DNA from: a virus
Taxonomy: Duplodnaviria; Caudoviricetes
Strand: one strand, 5' to 3'
IMG/VR virus record: IMGVR_UViG_3300021399_000012
Coordinates: 8,053-72,052 of that record
Length of the DNA stretch: 64,000 nucleotides
The notes under the pieces are model-generated. The model searched no databases. It worked only from the letters and a program-made list of their open reading frames with translations, and was not told the origin of the DNA. The position numbers were made by a program, and so were the translations under genes. Below, in pieces: positions 1 to 8,727 of this stretch. Position 1 is the first letter of the stretch. Each line of letters begins with the position of its first letter.

Positions 1-4
1 ATCC

Positions 5-2323
5 TTGCGAAGGAAGCTTACGAAATGTAATAATCTTCCAATAGCTAGTATTTCATCAGGGTTACCTCTAAAAGAAGAAAAACCAAAAAAGAGGATTGAT
101 AAGATGATAAATATGGATGATGCTGCTTGGCAGAAGAAGATACTTATACCAAGTATTGATAAGTGCCTAAAGAAAGAACATCACCATGCTACAAAACCAG
201 AAGTAGATTTCATAAAGAAAATTTTGGACGATGCTTATGATTCAGGAAGGTTTTATGATGTTACACCATTAAGACCAGCTATATTAACATTTGCAGCTAG
301 GAGCTCTCATCAGAGTGACTACTGTATAAAACTTGTTAATTCTATGAAGTTTAAGTCCGAAAGTATTAGTGAAGTATCGGATGCTGTATACGGAGAAAAG
401 CCTATAGCGTTTTACGACGTTGAGGTTTTCCCGAATCTATTCCTTATAAACTGGAAACTGGCTGGTGATAACCCGGTTGTTAGGATGATAAATCCAACTC
501 CAGCAGACGTAGAGGCACTCATACAGAATTATAGGCTTATCGGATACAACTGTAGACGATATGATAATCATATTCTATGGGCTAGAATGATGGGTTATAC
601 AAATGAACAATTGTATAATTTGTCACAGCGTATAGTAAATGGTAGTAAGAACGCCATGTTTGGCGAAGCTTATAATTTATCATATACTGACGTTTACGAT
701 TTCTGTTCAACAAAGCAATCTTTGAAGAAATGGGAAATCGAATTGGGTATAACACACCACGAGCTGGGTCTTCCATGGGATCAACCAGTTGCTGAAGAGT
801 TATGGCCAAAAGTTGCGGAATATTGTGACGATGACGTTATTGCTACAGAAGCTGTATTCAATGCTAGAAAGGCTGACTTTATAGCTAGAGAAATATTGGC
901 AGATGTGGCTGGTATGACTGTGAATTCGTCAACTAACTCATTAACTACTAGAATTATATTCGGTAAGGATTTACAGCCTCAATCGGAATTTAATTATAGA
1001 TTCATGGGCGAGGATGTTCCGGATGACGAATTATATACTATAAAGTATGAGAAAGATAAACTAGTTCGTTCTGATAAAGTATCAAACAGTGATTATATTC
1101 TTTTCAGAAAGAGCGACAACAAGCCAGTGTTCAGAGGTTATACTTTTGATCATGGTAGGTCATTATATCGTGGATTCGAAGTAGGCGAGGGCGGATTCGT
1201 ATGGGCTGAACCAGGTATGTACGGACGTGCTATAACATTTGACGTTGCATCAATGCATCCGTCTAGTGTAATTGCCGAAGAGTTATTTGGATCTAAGTAC
1301 ACAAAGAGATTCAAAGAGATATTAGATACTCGTATAGCTATTAAGCATAAAGATTTCGATAAGGCTAAGAAATTGCTCGGTGGTGTATTGTCGAAATACC
1401 TTGATAATCCTGATGACGCAAAAGCATTGGCTCAGGCTTTGAAGATTGCTATTAATTCAGTATATGGATTAACATCAGCTAAGTTTGAGAATCCTTTCAG
1501 GGATCCAAGAAATATCGATAATATCGTTGCAAAGCGTGGTGCTTTATTCATGATTAATCTTAAAGAAGCTGTAGAAGCTGCTGGCGGAAAGGTTATACAT
1601 ATCAAGACTGACTCTATAAAGATATTAGACCCAACTGAAGAGATTGCAAATCTTGTATATTCTATGGGTAAAGAATATGGGTATAATTTCGAAATAGAGC
1701 ATATATTTGAAAAGATCTGCCTTGTTAATAATGCAGTATATGTTGCTAAATTGGCAGAGGACGATCCAGAAGATCCTGGACAATGGACAGCTACTGGAAC
1801 ACAATTCGCAGTTCCATATGTATTCAAGACATTATTTACGCACGAACCAATTATATTTGAGGATATGTGTGAGACAAAGTCTGTACAAACTGACATATAC
1901 CTAGATAATACATTCGGTCACGAGGAGATGCTCGCTGACATAGAAGTACTTAAGAAACAGCGTGATAAGAAGAAGGCTGGAGAATATGTATTATCGGAAT
2001 TAGAGCGTGACGAGTTAGATAACAAGATATCAGAACTTGAGAGTGTCGCTCATACCTATACATTCGTAGGTAAGGTTGGACAGTTTACACCAGTATCTGA
2101 TGATAAACTCGGATGCGATCTTGTTAGATCATGTACGGACGCTAAAGGTCGTAAAAAGTATGCTGCAGTTACAGGTTCCAAGGGTTATAAATGGTTGGAA
2201 TCAGCAAACGTTAAAGCATTAGGACTCGAAGATAAAATTGATAGAAGCTACTACACTAAGTTGGTAGATGATGCGGTTAAAGCTATGAGTGAATATGGTA
2301 ACGTAGACTGGTTCTTAGACTAA
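5..2323 (+). CDS. Family B DNA polymerase with 3'-5' exonuclease domain (5'-truncated by the window edge)
   Basis: Exo I FYDVEVF; motif A FDVASMHPS; motif B KIAINSVYG; variant motif C HIKTDS; reading frame open to the left edge. Confidence 0.9.
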   Translation: MRRKLTKCNNLPIASISSGLPLKEEKPKKRIDKMINMDDAAWQKKILIPSIDKCLKKEHHHATKPEVDFIKKILDDAYDSGRFYDVTPLRPAILTFAARSSHQSDYCIKLVNSMKFKSESISEVSDAVYGEKPIAFYDVEVFPNLFLINWKLAGDNPVVRMINPTPADVEALIQNYRLIGYNCRRYDNHILWARMMGYTNEQLYNLSQRIVNGSKNAMFGEAYNLSYTDVYDFCSTKQSLKKWEIELGITHHELGLPWDQPVAEELWPKVAEYCDDDVIATEAVFNARKADFIAREILADVAGMTVNSSTNSLTTRIIFGKDLQPQSEFNYRFMGEDVPDDELYTIKYEKDKLVRSDKVSNSDYILFRKSDNKPVFRGYTFDHGRSLYRGFEVGEGGFVWAEPGMYGRAITFDVASMHPSSVIAEELFGSKYTKRFKEILDTRIAIKHKDFDKAKKLLGGVLSKYLDNPDDAKALAQALKIAINSVYGLTSAKFENPFRDPRNIDNIVAKRGALFMINLKEAVEAAGGKVIHIKTDSIKILDPTEEIANLVYSMGKEYGYNFEIEHIFEKICLVNNAVYVAKLAEDDPEDPGQWTATGTQFAVPYVFKTLFTHEPIIFEDMCETKSVQTDIYLDNTFGHEEMLADIEVLKKQRDKKKAGEYVLSELERDELDNKISELESVAHTYTFVGKVGQFTPVSDDKLGCDLVRSCTDAKGRKKYAAVTGSKGYKWLESANVKALGLEDKIDRSYYTKLVDDAVKAMSEYGNVDWFLD

Positions 2324-2352
2324 AAAAATTATATTAAGAAGGAGAATAGACA

Positions 2353-2829
2353 ATGAAAGAACGTATGGACGATTTAGTTATTGAAAACGCTAGACTTATA
2401 TTTAAGAATTTTGCTGGTAAGGGTGACAGATACAATCCGGAAGGTAGTAGAAACTTCTGTGTTGTAATCGATGATCCTGAATTGGCAGAGCAGCTTAATG
2501 CTGATGGTTGGAACATTAAGTGGACTAAACCTCGTGATGAAGATGATGAGCCTATGGCATATCTTCCAGTAAAGGTGCAGTTTGGTCAGTTCCCTCCAAC
2601 AGTATACCTCATTAGTGGACACACAAAGACTCTTCTTGATGAGGACAGTATTAATACTTTGGATTATGCGGACATTAAGAATGCAGACCTCATCATTAAT
2701 CCATATCAGTGGACTATGAATGGTGCAGTTGGTGTTAAGGCATATTTGAAGACTGCTTACATCACAATCGAAGAGGATAGATTTGCTCATAAGTATGACT
2801 TCAGTGAAGATGAAGTTCCATTCAACTAA
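2353..2829 (+). CDS. Single-stranded DNA-binding protein
   Basis: Follows the polymerase; FKNFAG..YNPEG.RNF phage SSB-like pattern; acidic tail ending EDEVPFN. Confidence 0.75.
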   Translation: MKERMDDLVIENARLIFKNFAGKGDRYNPEGSRNFCVVIDDPELAEQLNADGWNIKWTKPRDEDDEPMAYLPVKVQFGQFPPTVYLISGHTKTLLDEDSINTLDYADIKNADLIINPYQWTMNGAVGVKAYLKTAYITIEEDRFAHKYDFSEDEVPFN

Positions 2830-2847
2830 TTATTCTTAATTAGGACT

Positions 2848-2875
2848 TAGGGCTCATTATATTTGATGGGCCCTA
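2848..2875 (+). terminator. Hairpin after ssb
   Basis: TAGGGCTCAT/ATGGGCCCTA 10-bp stem; weak U-tract. Confidence 0.5.
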
Positions 2876-2991
2876 CTAGTTCTTAAAGTAATAGGGGAAG
2901 TTAAAAATTGAATATGGACAGAAACTTACGAGTACAAAATGTGAGGATATTGCATTTTATAACTTGAGGATATATTATATATCCGGAAAGG

Positions 2992-3615
2992 ATGAAAATG
3001 AAAAAACGACTAACCCAATCACTAGTGCTTATTGTGGCATTAGCAGGACTAATCACTCAGGTATCTATAACAAAAAATGTACAAAGAAAGGAACTAATAG
3101 AAAAAACAAAGAATTTACCATATTCTTATGAAGATATCATGGTACCACGAAATATCAAAGAAATGTTAACAGTGACGGAACAAGATGTACAAATCGTTGC
3201 GGCACAAATGGAACCAGAGATACCTAATCCAGAACTACTAGATACTTATATTTCTAGAGGATGGTCAGAAGAACATTTCTGGACAGATGTAGATATGATA
3301 GCAAAAATGACTATGGCTGAGGCAGAAGGAGAATCTGATCTTGGCAAACGTTATGTCATTGATGTTATTTTAAATCGTGTGGATAGCCACAAGTGGCCTA
3401 ATGATATCTGCAGCGTATTGTATGAATGCGGGCAATTTACAAGTATGGATAATGGCCGTTATGACAATGCATATGTCGACGACCATATTAAGAATTTAGT
3501 TGTTGAGGAATTATATTCTAGAACAAACTATGAGGTAATGTATTTCAAAACGGATGGTTACTTCTTATCCCATTTGGATGTGGAACAAATCGGTAATCAT
3601 TTCTTTTCGAAATAA
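2992..3615 (+). CDS. SleB-like cell-wall hydrolase (Hydrolase_2) with N-terminal membrane anchor
   Basis: AEAEGES..G...V..VILNRV catalytic motif, GQF and IGNH.F motifs; hydrophobic N-terminus. Confidence 0.85.
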   Translation: MKMKKRLTQSLVLIVALAGLITQVSITKNVQRKELIEKTKNLPYSYEDIMVPRNIKEMLTVTEQDVQIVAAQMEPEIPNPELLDTYISRGWSEEHFWTDVDMIAKMTMAEAEGESDLGKRYVIDVILNRVDSHKWPNDICSVLYECGQFTSMDNGRYDNAYVDDHIKNLVVEELYSRTNYEVMYFKTDGYFLSHLDVEQIGNHFFSK

Positions 3616-3635
3616 CAAGGAAGGAGTGACTCTGC

Positions 3636-3833
3636 ATGGAAAAACTTATATTTAGTTGTGAGTTTCCAGCAGATTCCTCTGAAGCTGAGAGACTTACAGA
3701 TTGGTTAATCACAAATCGTGTTAGAAGAGTAGTTACATCATCTAGTTTCAAGAAGGGTGTTATATTCACATCATACTTTATAGAATGCACAAATAAAATG
3801 CAACTTAAAAGATTATTAGACCTTTTCGCATAA
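3636..3833 (+). CDS. Hypothetical protein (65 aa)
   Basis: ORF with AGGAG RBS. Confidence 0.7.
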   Translation: MEKLIFSCEFPADSSEAERLTDWLITNRVRRVVTSSSFKKGVIFTSYFIECTNKMQLKRLLDLFA

Positions 3834-3852
3834 TTTACAGTCCAGATTATAG
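3827..3852 (+). promoter_or_regulatory. Promoter-like motif copy 1 (consensus CGY-N6-T-N-C-N9-TATRR)
   Basis: CGCATAATTTACAGTCCAGATTATAG; same spacing in 21 copies. Confidence 0.75.
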
Positions 3853-3886
3853 GAAACAATAATTAATATTATTGGAGGGCGACATT

Positions 3887-3994
3887 ATGGAAAAGGAAGA
3901 AACCAGATGGGAACAAATTACTACAGTTGATAATAACGGTTTAGTGATTTGTATCGAGTGGGTTCCTGTAAAGGTCCCGGTAGAGAAAAATTAA
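3887..3994 (+). CDS. Small hypothetical protein (35 aa, not in ORF track)
   Basis: GGAGG RBS; MEKEETRWEQ...VEKN; lies between a promoter motif and a repeat copy. Confidence 0.6.
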   Translation: MEKEETRWEQITTVDNNGLVICIEWVPVKVPVEKN

Positions 3995-4004
3995 ATATTG
4001 TTAA

Positions 4005-4033
4005 AGACCTTAGCAAGTCTATAAACTGCTAAA
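4005..4033 (+). repeat. Dispersed pseudoknot-forming repeat copy 1
   Basis: AGACCTTAGCAAGTCTATAAACTGCTAAA. Confidence 0.9.
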
Positions 4034-4040
4034 TTCTTTT

Positions 4041-4066
4041 CGTATTATATTCAACCATGTATATAG
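4041..4066 (+). promoter_or_regulatory. Promoter-like motif copy 2
   Basis: CGTATTATATTCAACCATGTATATAG followed by GAGG RBS. Confidence 0.75.
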
Positions 4067-4079
4067 GAGGTGAAGTAAT

Positions 4080-4214
4080 ATGGTAAAGGCAAGAGAAAAT
4101 CTAAAAGCAAAAATTAGAGCGATGTATAACGCAGGATATAGTACTGGCGAAATAGCCAAGGAATTAAATATTGCAGAATACAAAGTTGTAAGGATGCTTG
4201 GGATATCATATTAA
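4080..4214 (+). CDS. Stand-alone helix-turn-helix protein (44 aa, not in ORF track)
   Basis: KIRAMYNAGYSTGEIAKELNIAEYKVVRML; GGAGG RBS; terminator follows. Confidence 0.7.
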   Translation: MVKARENLKAKIRAMYNAGYSTGEIAKELNIAEYKVVRMLGISY

Positions 4215-4221
4215 TAACTAG

Positions 4222-4252
4222 CTGGGCGGTTATTACAACCGTCTAGTTTTTT
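4222..4252 (+). terminator. Intrinsic terminator
   Basis: CTGGGCGGTT/AACCGTCTAG stem followed by T6. Confidence 0.7.
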
Positions 4253-4272
4253 CTTGGAGGTGGTTTACAAAT

Positions 4273-5466
4273 ATGGCCTTCGAATTATATCCGCATCAAG
4301 AAGCGGCGTTGAGAAAAATGAAAAACGGTTGCATTCTTAATGGCGGAGTTGGTAGTGGTAAGTCAATAACCGCAATAGCTTATTATTTTTTCAAGAACGG
4401 TGGAATCTATGAACATCATCACATGATGCCAATGGTTAAAAAGCAGTTTCTTGTAATCATAACGACTGCTAGAAAAAGAGATACCTTCGAATGGAATAAG
4501 GAGTTGTCACTTTTCGATCTATATGTCGAGAACGGAGACGCTGTTATAGATTCGTGGAATAACATAAAGAAGTATTCTGATATGAAAGATGCATTCTTTA
4601 TATTTGACGAGCAACGAGCTTCTGGATCAGGAGCTTGGGTAAAGGCATTCCTAAAGATCGCGAAATCTAATGAGTGGATACTGTTGTCAGCGACTCCTGG
4701 TGATTCATGGGTTGAATACGCTCCAGTTTTTGTGGCGAATGGTTTCTATAAAAACATAACCGAGTTTAAAAGAGAGCATGTTGTTATGAGTCATTACGGA
4801 GGATATCCAAAAATTGACAGGTATATAAATACTGTTCGATTGAATAAACTCAGGAGATCTATATTGGTTGATATGGATTTCAAGCGTAAGACTAATAGAG
4901 TGCACATAAACGTTTGGGTTCCTTGGGATAATGTAGCTTATAAAAGAGCTATAAAAACCAGGTTTAATGAGGAAACCGGTGAACCATTTAAGAACGCATC
5001 TGCATTATGTTATTATTTAAGAATGATTCTAAATAGTAATCCAGATCGCTTAGTCTTTACGTACGATATTCTTAAAGAAAAGAAGAAGGCTATTATATTC
5101 TACAATTTTGACTACGAGCTGTATATGCTTGAACAAATGCTAGATGAGTACTCTATACCATATGGAGAATGGAATGGACATCAACACAATCCGATTCCAG
5201 ATACTGACACATGGGCGTATTTAGTTCAGTACAATGCTGGCTCAGAAGGCTGGAATTGTACAAGATGCGATACAGTTATATTCTACAGTCAAAATTATTC
5301 ATACAAGATGACAGAACAAGCTTGCGGTAGAATAGACAGACTTAACACACCGTATAATAATTTATATTATTATCATTTGAAGTCTAAGGCCGGAATAGAC
5401 TTGGCAATAGCTAAAGCATTGAAAGATAAAAAGAATTTTAATGAGTCAGCTTGGACTTCGCAATAA
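4273..5466 (+). CDS. Superfamily 2 helicase
   Basis: Walker A GVGSGKS, DEQR, LSATPG, QACGRIDR motif VI. Confidence 0.9.
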   Translation: MAFELYPHQEAALRKMKNGCILNGGVGSGKSITAIAYYFFKNGGIYEHHHMMPMVKKQFLVIITTARKRDTFEWNKELSLFDLYVENGDAVIDSWNNIKKYSDMKDAFFIFDEQRASGSGAWVKAFLKIAKSNEWILLSATPGDSWVEYAPVFVANGFYKNITEFKREHVVMSHYGGYPKIDRYINTVRLNKLRRSILVDMDFKRKTNRVHINVWVPWDNVAYKRAIKTRFNEETGEPFKNASALCYYLRMILNSNPDRLVFTYDILKEKKKAIIFYNFDYELYMLEQMLDEYSIPYGEWNGHQHNPIPDTDTWAYLVQYNAGSEGWNCTRCDTVIFYSQNYSYKMTEQACGRIDRLNTPYNNLYYYHLKSKAGIDLAIAKALKDKKNFNESAWTSQ

Positions 5467-5484
5467 TTTCAACCTCTTATATGA
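5459..5484 (+). promoter_or_regulatory. Promoter-like motif copy 3
   Basis: CGCAATAATTTCAACCTCTTATATGA. Confidence 0.7.
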
Positions 5485-5556
5485 GAGGAAAATAAAAAAT
5501 TATTTGAACTTTTAAAGGTCTAGGGACTAGCTTATATTAGCAGTTTCTGGGCTTTT

Positions 5557-5702
5557 TGTTTTTACGGCTTTAATAGTGATTTATTTGACTAGTAGAATAA
5601 AAGACTCTTACTCCCCCATTTTAAATAATTTATCGAATCCAATAATCAAATAAATATTTTCACATCGCTATCAAATAAGTCACTATTAAAGCCGTAAAAA
5701 CA
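5557..5702. repeat. 32-bp inverted repeat with 82-nt spacer
   Basis: Arms 5557-5588 and 5671-5702; one mismatch, which is G.U-compatible. Confidence 0.9.
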
Positions 5703-5890
5703 TTATATCTTTGGTATTAATAAGGGGTAGCTTAGTTTATTCAAATTTCCTTTCTGTATTTTTATATTTAGTTTGACGTGTACTTGGTTTATTATTTGTG
5801 TTTTACCTCTTTTTGTGATAGTTATTATTTTTGCATATGTCGGCTACCCTTTATTAATACCAAAGATATATTTAATTATATTTTTTTTAT

Positions 5891-5916
5891 CACATATAAC
5901 GATTGGTAAGTTTTTA
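5891..5916 (+). repeat. 26-bp direct repeat copy 1 (second copy at 8972-8997)
   Basis: CACATATAACGATTGGTAAGTTTTTA directly before an RBS. Confidence 0.85.
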
Positions 5917-5929
5917 GGAGGAATGAATT

Positions 5930-6385
5930 ATGTACAAACTATTCAAAAAATTTATGGAGAAGCTTTTTAGTTATGTGGAAACTGAAAAGAAAGAAGACAC
6001 AGTACCAGAGGTAAATGAGCCTGAAAAGGAAGAGGATACAGTATCAGAAGCAGACGTGAATGCATGTGATGTTCATTATCTGTTCTTCGCTAGCTTTGAT
6101 GAGATGGAAGATATTGAAGAGAAGATCGATAACGTAGTTAATGATCCTTCAGGCATGGTCCCTAATGCGCATGTTACATTGGCTCTCGACGAGGTAGATA
6201 ATATACCTTACGAACCTGACTTGTATGACATTGTGTATGTGTCAGATAAGTTTACAGATCGAGAAGCTATATTCGCTCTCTTCACCAATGCTCAGAAGAA
6301 GTACAAGTCTTTAAATGGCATCTTGAATCGTTTGAAGGCCGAACCAAAGCATGAGGGTAAGAAGTATAAGAAATACACAGTTTAA
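5930..6385 (+). CDS. Hypothetical acidic protein (151 aa)
   Basis: ORF with AGGAGG RBS. Confidence 0.75.
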   Translation: MYKLFKKFMEKLFSYVETEKKEDTVPEVNEPEKEEDTVSEADVNACDVHYLFFASFDEMEDIEEKIDNVVNDPSGMVPNAHVTLALDEVDNIPYEPDLYDIVYVSDKFTDREAIFALFTNAQKKYKSLNGILNRLKAEPKHEGKKYKKYTV

Positions 6386-6397
6386 GAGGTACATGTC

Positions 6398-6640
6398 ATG
6401 ATATACATTATAGCTATTATAGCATTGATTATTGGTATTATATTTGGAATCTTTATCGGTGTCAGGATGAAAGTATCCGAAGTACCTAATGTTGGTACCT
6501 TATGCGTCGATATGGATTCTGCTGGTTTTTTCTGGGTTGAATTTTCAGATAGATCGACTTTTGAATCTATGAAAAATAAATACCTTAATAAGCAGGTTCG
6601 TATGAAGGTGAAACCTGTGCATTATGAAAAGACGCAATAA
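6398..6640 (+). CDS. Hypothetical membrane protein (80 aa)
   Basis: Hydrophobic N-terminal helix; GAGG RBS. Confidence 0.75.
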   Translation: MIYIIAIIALIIGIIFGIFIGVRMKVSEVPNVGTLCVDMDSAGFFWVEFSDRSTFESMKNKYLNKQVRMKVKPVHYEKTQ

Positions 6641-6658
6641 TTTCCGTTTCTTATATGG
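6633..6658 (+). promoter_or_regulatory. Promoter-like motif copy 4
   Basis: CGCAATAATTTCCGTTTCTTATATGG. Confidence 0.7.
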
Positions 6659-6695
6659 GTAATTGGTGCCCGTTTAACATTAAGGAGGTATAGAA

Positions 6696-7115
6696 ATGGC
6701 AAAGGAAATTTCAGAAATGACATTAGACGAATTGTTAGACTACAATCTGTCAAAAGAACTTAAAGATTTTGACGGTAAGAACAAGGAGCAAACTCAGGCA
6801 GTTGAGATGCTTCTAAAGCAGTCAACGGACAGAGACCGACTGGAATTTGAAATTACTAAGCATGAGGACGACTTAAGTGAACGTAAAGCTCAGAGAAAAT
6901 TCGAATCGAAGGAGAATGAGCTTCAGCGTGAGCATGAGAAATACTTAGCGAAGCAAGATCAGAAGAAAGAAGGTATTAAGACCGCTGGCGTTGTATTAGG
7001 AGGATTGATATCTGCAGGGGCAGCTATTGGACTTGCCAACAGCGTCATGAAGTTCGAAGAAGACGGTGGTTGTATAACAACTAAGTCTTGGGGATTTCTA
7101 AATAGACTTAAGTAA
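6696..7115 (+). CDS. Hypothetical coiled-coil protein with C-terminal hydrophobic helix (139 aa)
   Basis: AAGGAGG RBS; GVVLGGLISAGAAIGLA segment. Confidence 0.75.
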   Translation: MAKEISEMTLDELLDYNLSKELKDFDGKNKEQTQAVEMLLKQSTDRDRLEFEITKHEDDLSERKAQRKFESKENELQREHEKYLAKQDQKKEGIKTAGVVLGGLISAGAAIGLANSVMKFEEDGGCITTKSWGFLNRLK

Positions 7116-7140
7116 AGTATCTATTATATTAAACAAAACC

Positions 7141-7173
7141 AAGCTATGGGATTCAGGTCCTATAGCTTTTTTT
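7141..7173 (+). terminator. Intrinsic terminator
   Basis: AAGCTATGGGAT/GTCCTATAGCTT stem followed by a T-run. Confidence 0.7.
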
Positions 7174-7189
7174 AGAAGGAGAAACAACA

Positions 7190-7453
7190 ATGAGTGAAAA
7201 CGAAAACGTTAAGAATACAGAAGAAACAACTGATGATAAGAAGACATTCGGAGAGATTTTGGACACACTGAATCAGGACCAGCGAATGGCATTATATTCT
7301 ATGCTTGGCGCTCTGGCTTCTAACAAAGATGCATTAGCAACTTTTGATGAATATCAGATTGCTTTTCTTGGACAGATTATTCAGATCGAGATCGCAAAGC
7401 TGCACGTTGCAAAAGTTTCAAGCGATACAGAAACTGACAAGAATGCAGAATAG
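7190..7453 (+). CDS. Hypothetical protein with a scaffold-repeat-like motif (87 aa)
   Basis: TFGEILDTLNQDQRMALYSMLG resembles the repeat in the prohead protease/scaffold ORF. Confidence 0.75.
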   Translation: MSENENVKNTEETTDDKKTFGEILDTLNQDQRMALYSMLGALASNKDALATFDEYQIAFLGQIIQIEIAKLHVAKVSSDTETDKNAE

Positions 7454-7455
7454 TT

Positions 7456-7481
7456 CGCAAGGTTTTCAACCATCTATATGG
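7456..7481 (+). promoter_or_regulatory. Promoter-like motif copy 5
   Basis: CGCAAGGTTTTCAACCATCTATATGG. Confidence 0.7.
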
Positions 7482-7515
7482 AATATTAATAAACATATAA
7501 ATGGAGGAAAACATT

Positions 7516-7713
7516 ATGGGAACAAGTATTATTAGTATTGTTATAGGTGCAATTATGATTGGATTTTGCATTCTTGAATTTTACGCGCTAAGTAAAATGG
7601 ATCTTAGCAAGTGTTATTCAGGAGCTGTAAGAGCCGCATATGGTATACTTACAACAATAGGTATATTTGGAACTGTACTTGTACAATCCGGTATTTATGG
7701 ATTGTTGTATTAG
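7516..7713 (+). CDS. Small two-helix membrane protein (65 aa)
   Basis: GGAGG at 7503 favours ATG 7516; two hydrophobic segments. Confidence 0.7.
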   Translation: MGTSIISIVIGAIMIGFCILEFYALSKMDLSKCYSGAVRAAYGILTTIGIFGTVLVQSGIYGLLY

Positions 7714-7718
7714 TATCA

Positions 7719-7747
7719 AGACCTTAGCAAGTCTTTAAACTGCTAAA
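7719..7747 (+). repeat. Dispersed pseudoknot-forming repeat copy 2
   Basis: AGACCTTAGCAAGTCTTTAAACTGCTAAA. Confidence 0.9.
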
Positions 7748-7754
7748 ACTTTTT

Positions 7755-7780
7755 CGCAATATTTACAGTTTCATATATGG
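7755..7780 (+). promoter_or_regulatory. Promoter-like motif copy 6
   Basis: CGCAATATTTACAGTTTCATATATGG. Confidence 0.75.
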
Positions 7781-7821
7781 AAAAATCAGCATTTTGCAAT
7801 GATGGTAAATTCATTACTACA

Positions 7822-7850
7822 AGACCTTAGCAAGTCTTTAAACTGCTAAA
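7822..7850 (+). repeat. Dispersed pseudoknot-forming repeat copy 3
   Basis: AGACCTTAGCAAGTCTTTAAACTGCTAAA. Confidence 0.9.
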
Positions 7851-7890
7851 ACTTTTTTAGGTAATTATATTATAAGGGAGGTAACTTAAT

Positions 7891-8574
7891 ATGATTAAAA
7901 TCAACGGAAAGACATTGTCAACATTAACTTGCATTGGTGGTGCTGTATCGCTTGGAGGATTGATCACATACTTATGTGTGGATTCCGCTAAGAAAAGCAA
8001 GGCTGCTAAAGAGGAAAGAGAAAAGAAGTATCAGTATGAAAGAAAGGGTATCCTGGCGACGCTGGATGCTAATCCTATTCCAGAAGATATCGATATCTCC
8101 AACGCTACATTTGCTAATAAGGCATTTACAGGCGAGGAAAAGGCAGCAGCTAGAAAGGTTATCAAATATTATATTGATATCGCTGAGTGCGCAGAGAAGT
8201 CTATCAGGAATTCAAAGGACACAATTGAAATCCAGAATAGATTACTCGACAAGTACCTTGACAATGTAAACCAGGCTAAAAACATTATATCTGATTTCAC
8301 AAATCCTAATTTCTCAGCTGACATCATTAAGAGTGTGCTCGTGTACCAGTCATCTGTTCTTGCAGACATTGCAAAGGCAGCGGAGGAAGCACAAGCCCGT
8401 AAGGACGAGATGGATCGTCTTGATAGAGAGTATCAGATGGAGAAGTTAAGACTTGATAGAGAGGCAGCAGCTGAACAGCAGAAGCTCGAAGCATTAGCAG
8501 TTGCAGCTAAGGCAATGAGCTCCAACGTAAATGTACAGGTTGGAGATGCTAATGTAACTAAGGAGGAATCTTAA
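7891..8574 (+). CDS. Membrane-anchored coiled-coil protein (227 aa)
   Basis: N-terminal hydrophobic helix, charged helical body; GGGAGG RBS. Confidence 0.75.
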   Translation: MIKINGKTLSTLTCIGGAVSLGGLITYLCVDSAKKSKAAKEEREKKYQYERKGILATLDANPIPEDIDISNATFANKAFTGEEKAAARKVIKYYIDIAECAEKSIRNSKDTIEIQNRLLDKYLDNVNQAKNIISDFTNPNFSADIIKSVLVYQSSVLADIAKAAEEAQARKDEMDRLDREYQMEKLRLDREAAAEQQKLEALAVAAKAMSSNVNVQVGDANVTKEES

Positions 8575-8711
8575 TGAAGAACAAATTAACTTTACAAGAT
8601 TTCTGTGTTCAGGTGCTTGGCATGTCTGTTCGTAGTTTCTCTCATATGAATAAGAGACAGAAGGTGGAGGCCATAAAGCAATACAACAATTATATTAATA
8701 AAAAGAACTAG
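8574..8711 (+). CDS. Small hypothetical protein (45 aa, not in ORF track)
   Basis: TAATG coupling to the upstream gene; AGGAGG RBS. Confidence 0.6.
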   Translation: MKNKLTLQDFCVQVLGMSVRSFSHMNKRQKVEAIKQYNNYINKKN

Positions 8712-8727
8712 GAGGAATTGCTGATTT

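Noticed and set aside
5773-5970. 65-aa plus-strand hydrophobic ORF
   Set aside because: TTG start without an RBS, T-rich low-complexity sequence, and overlap with the 26-bp repeat and the next gene's RBS.
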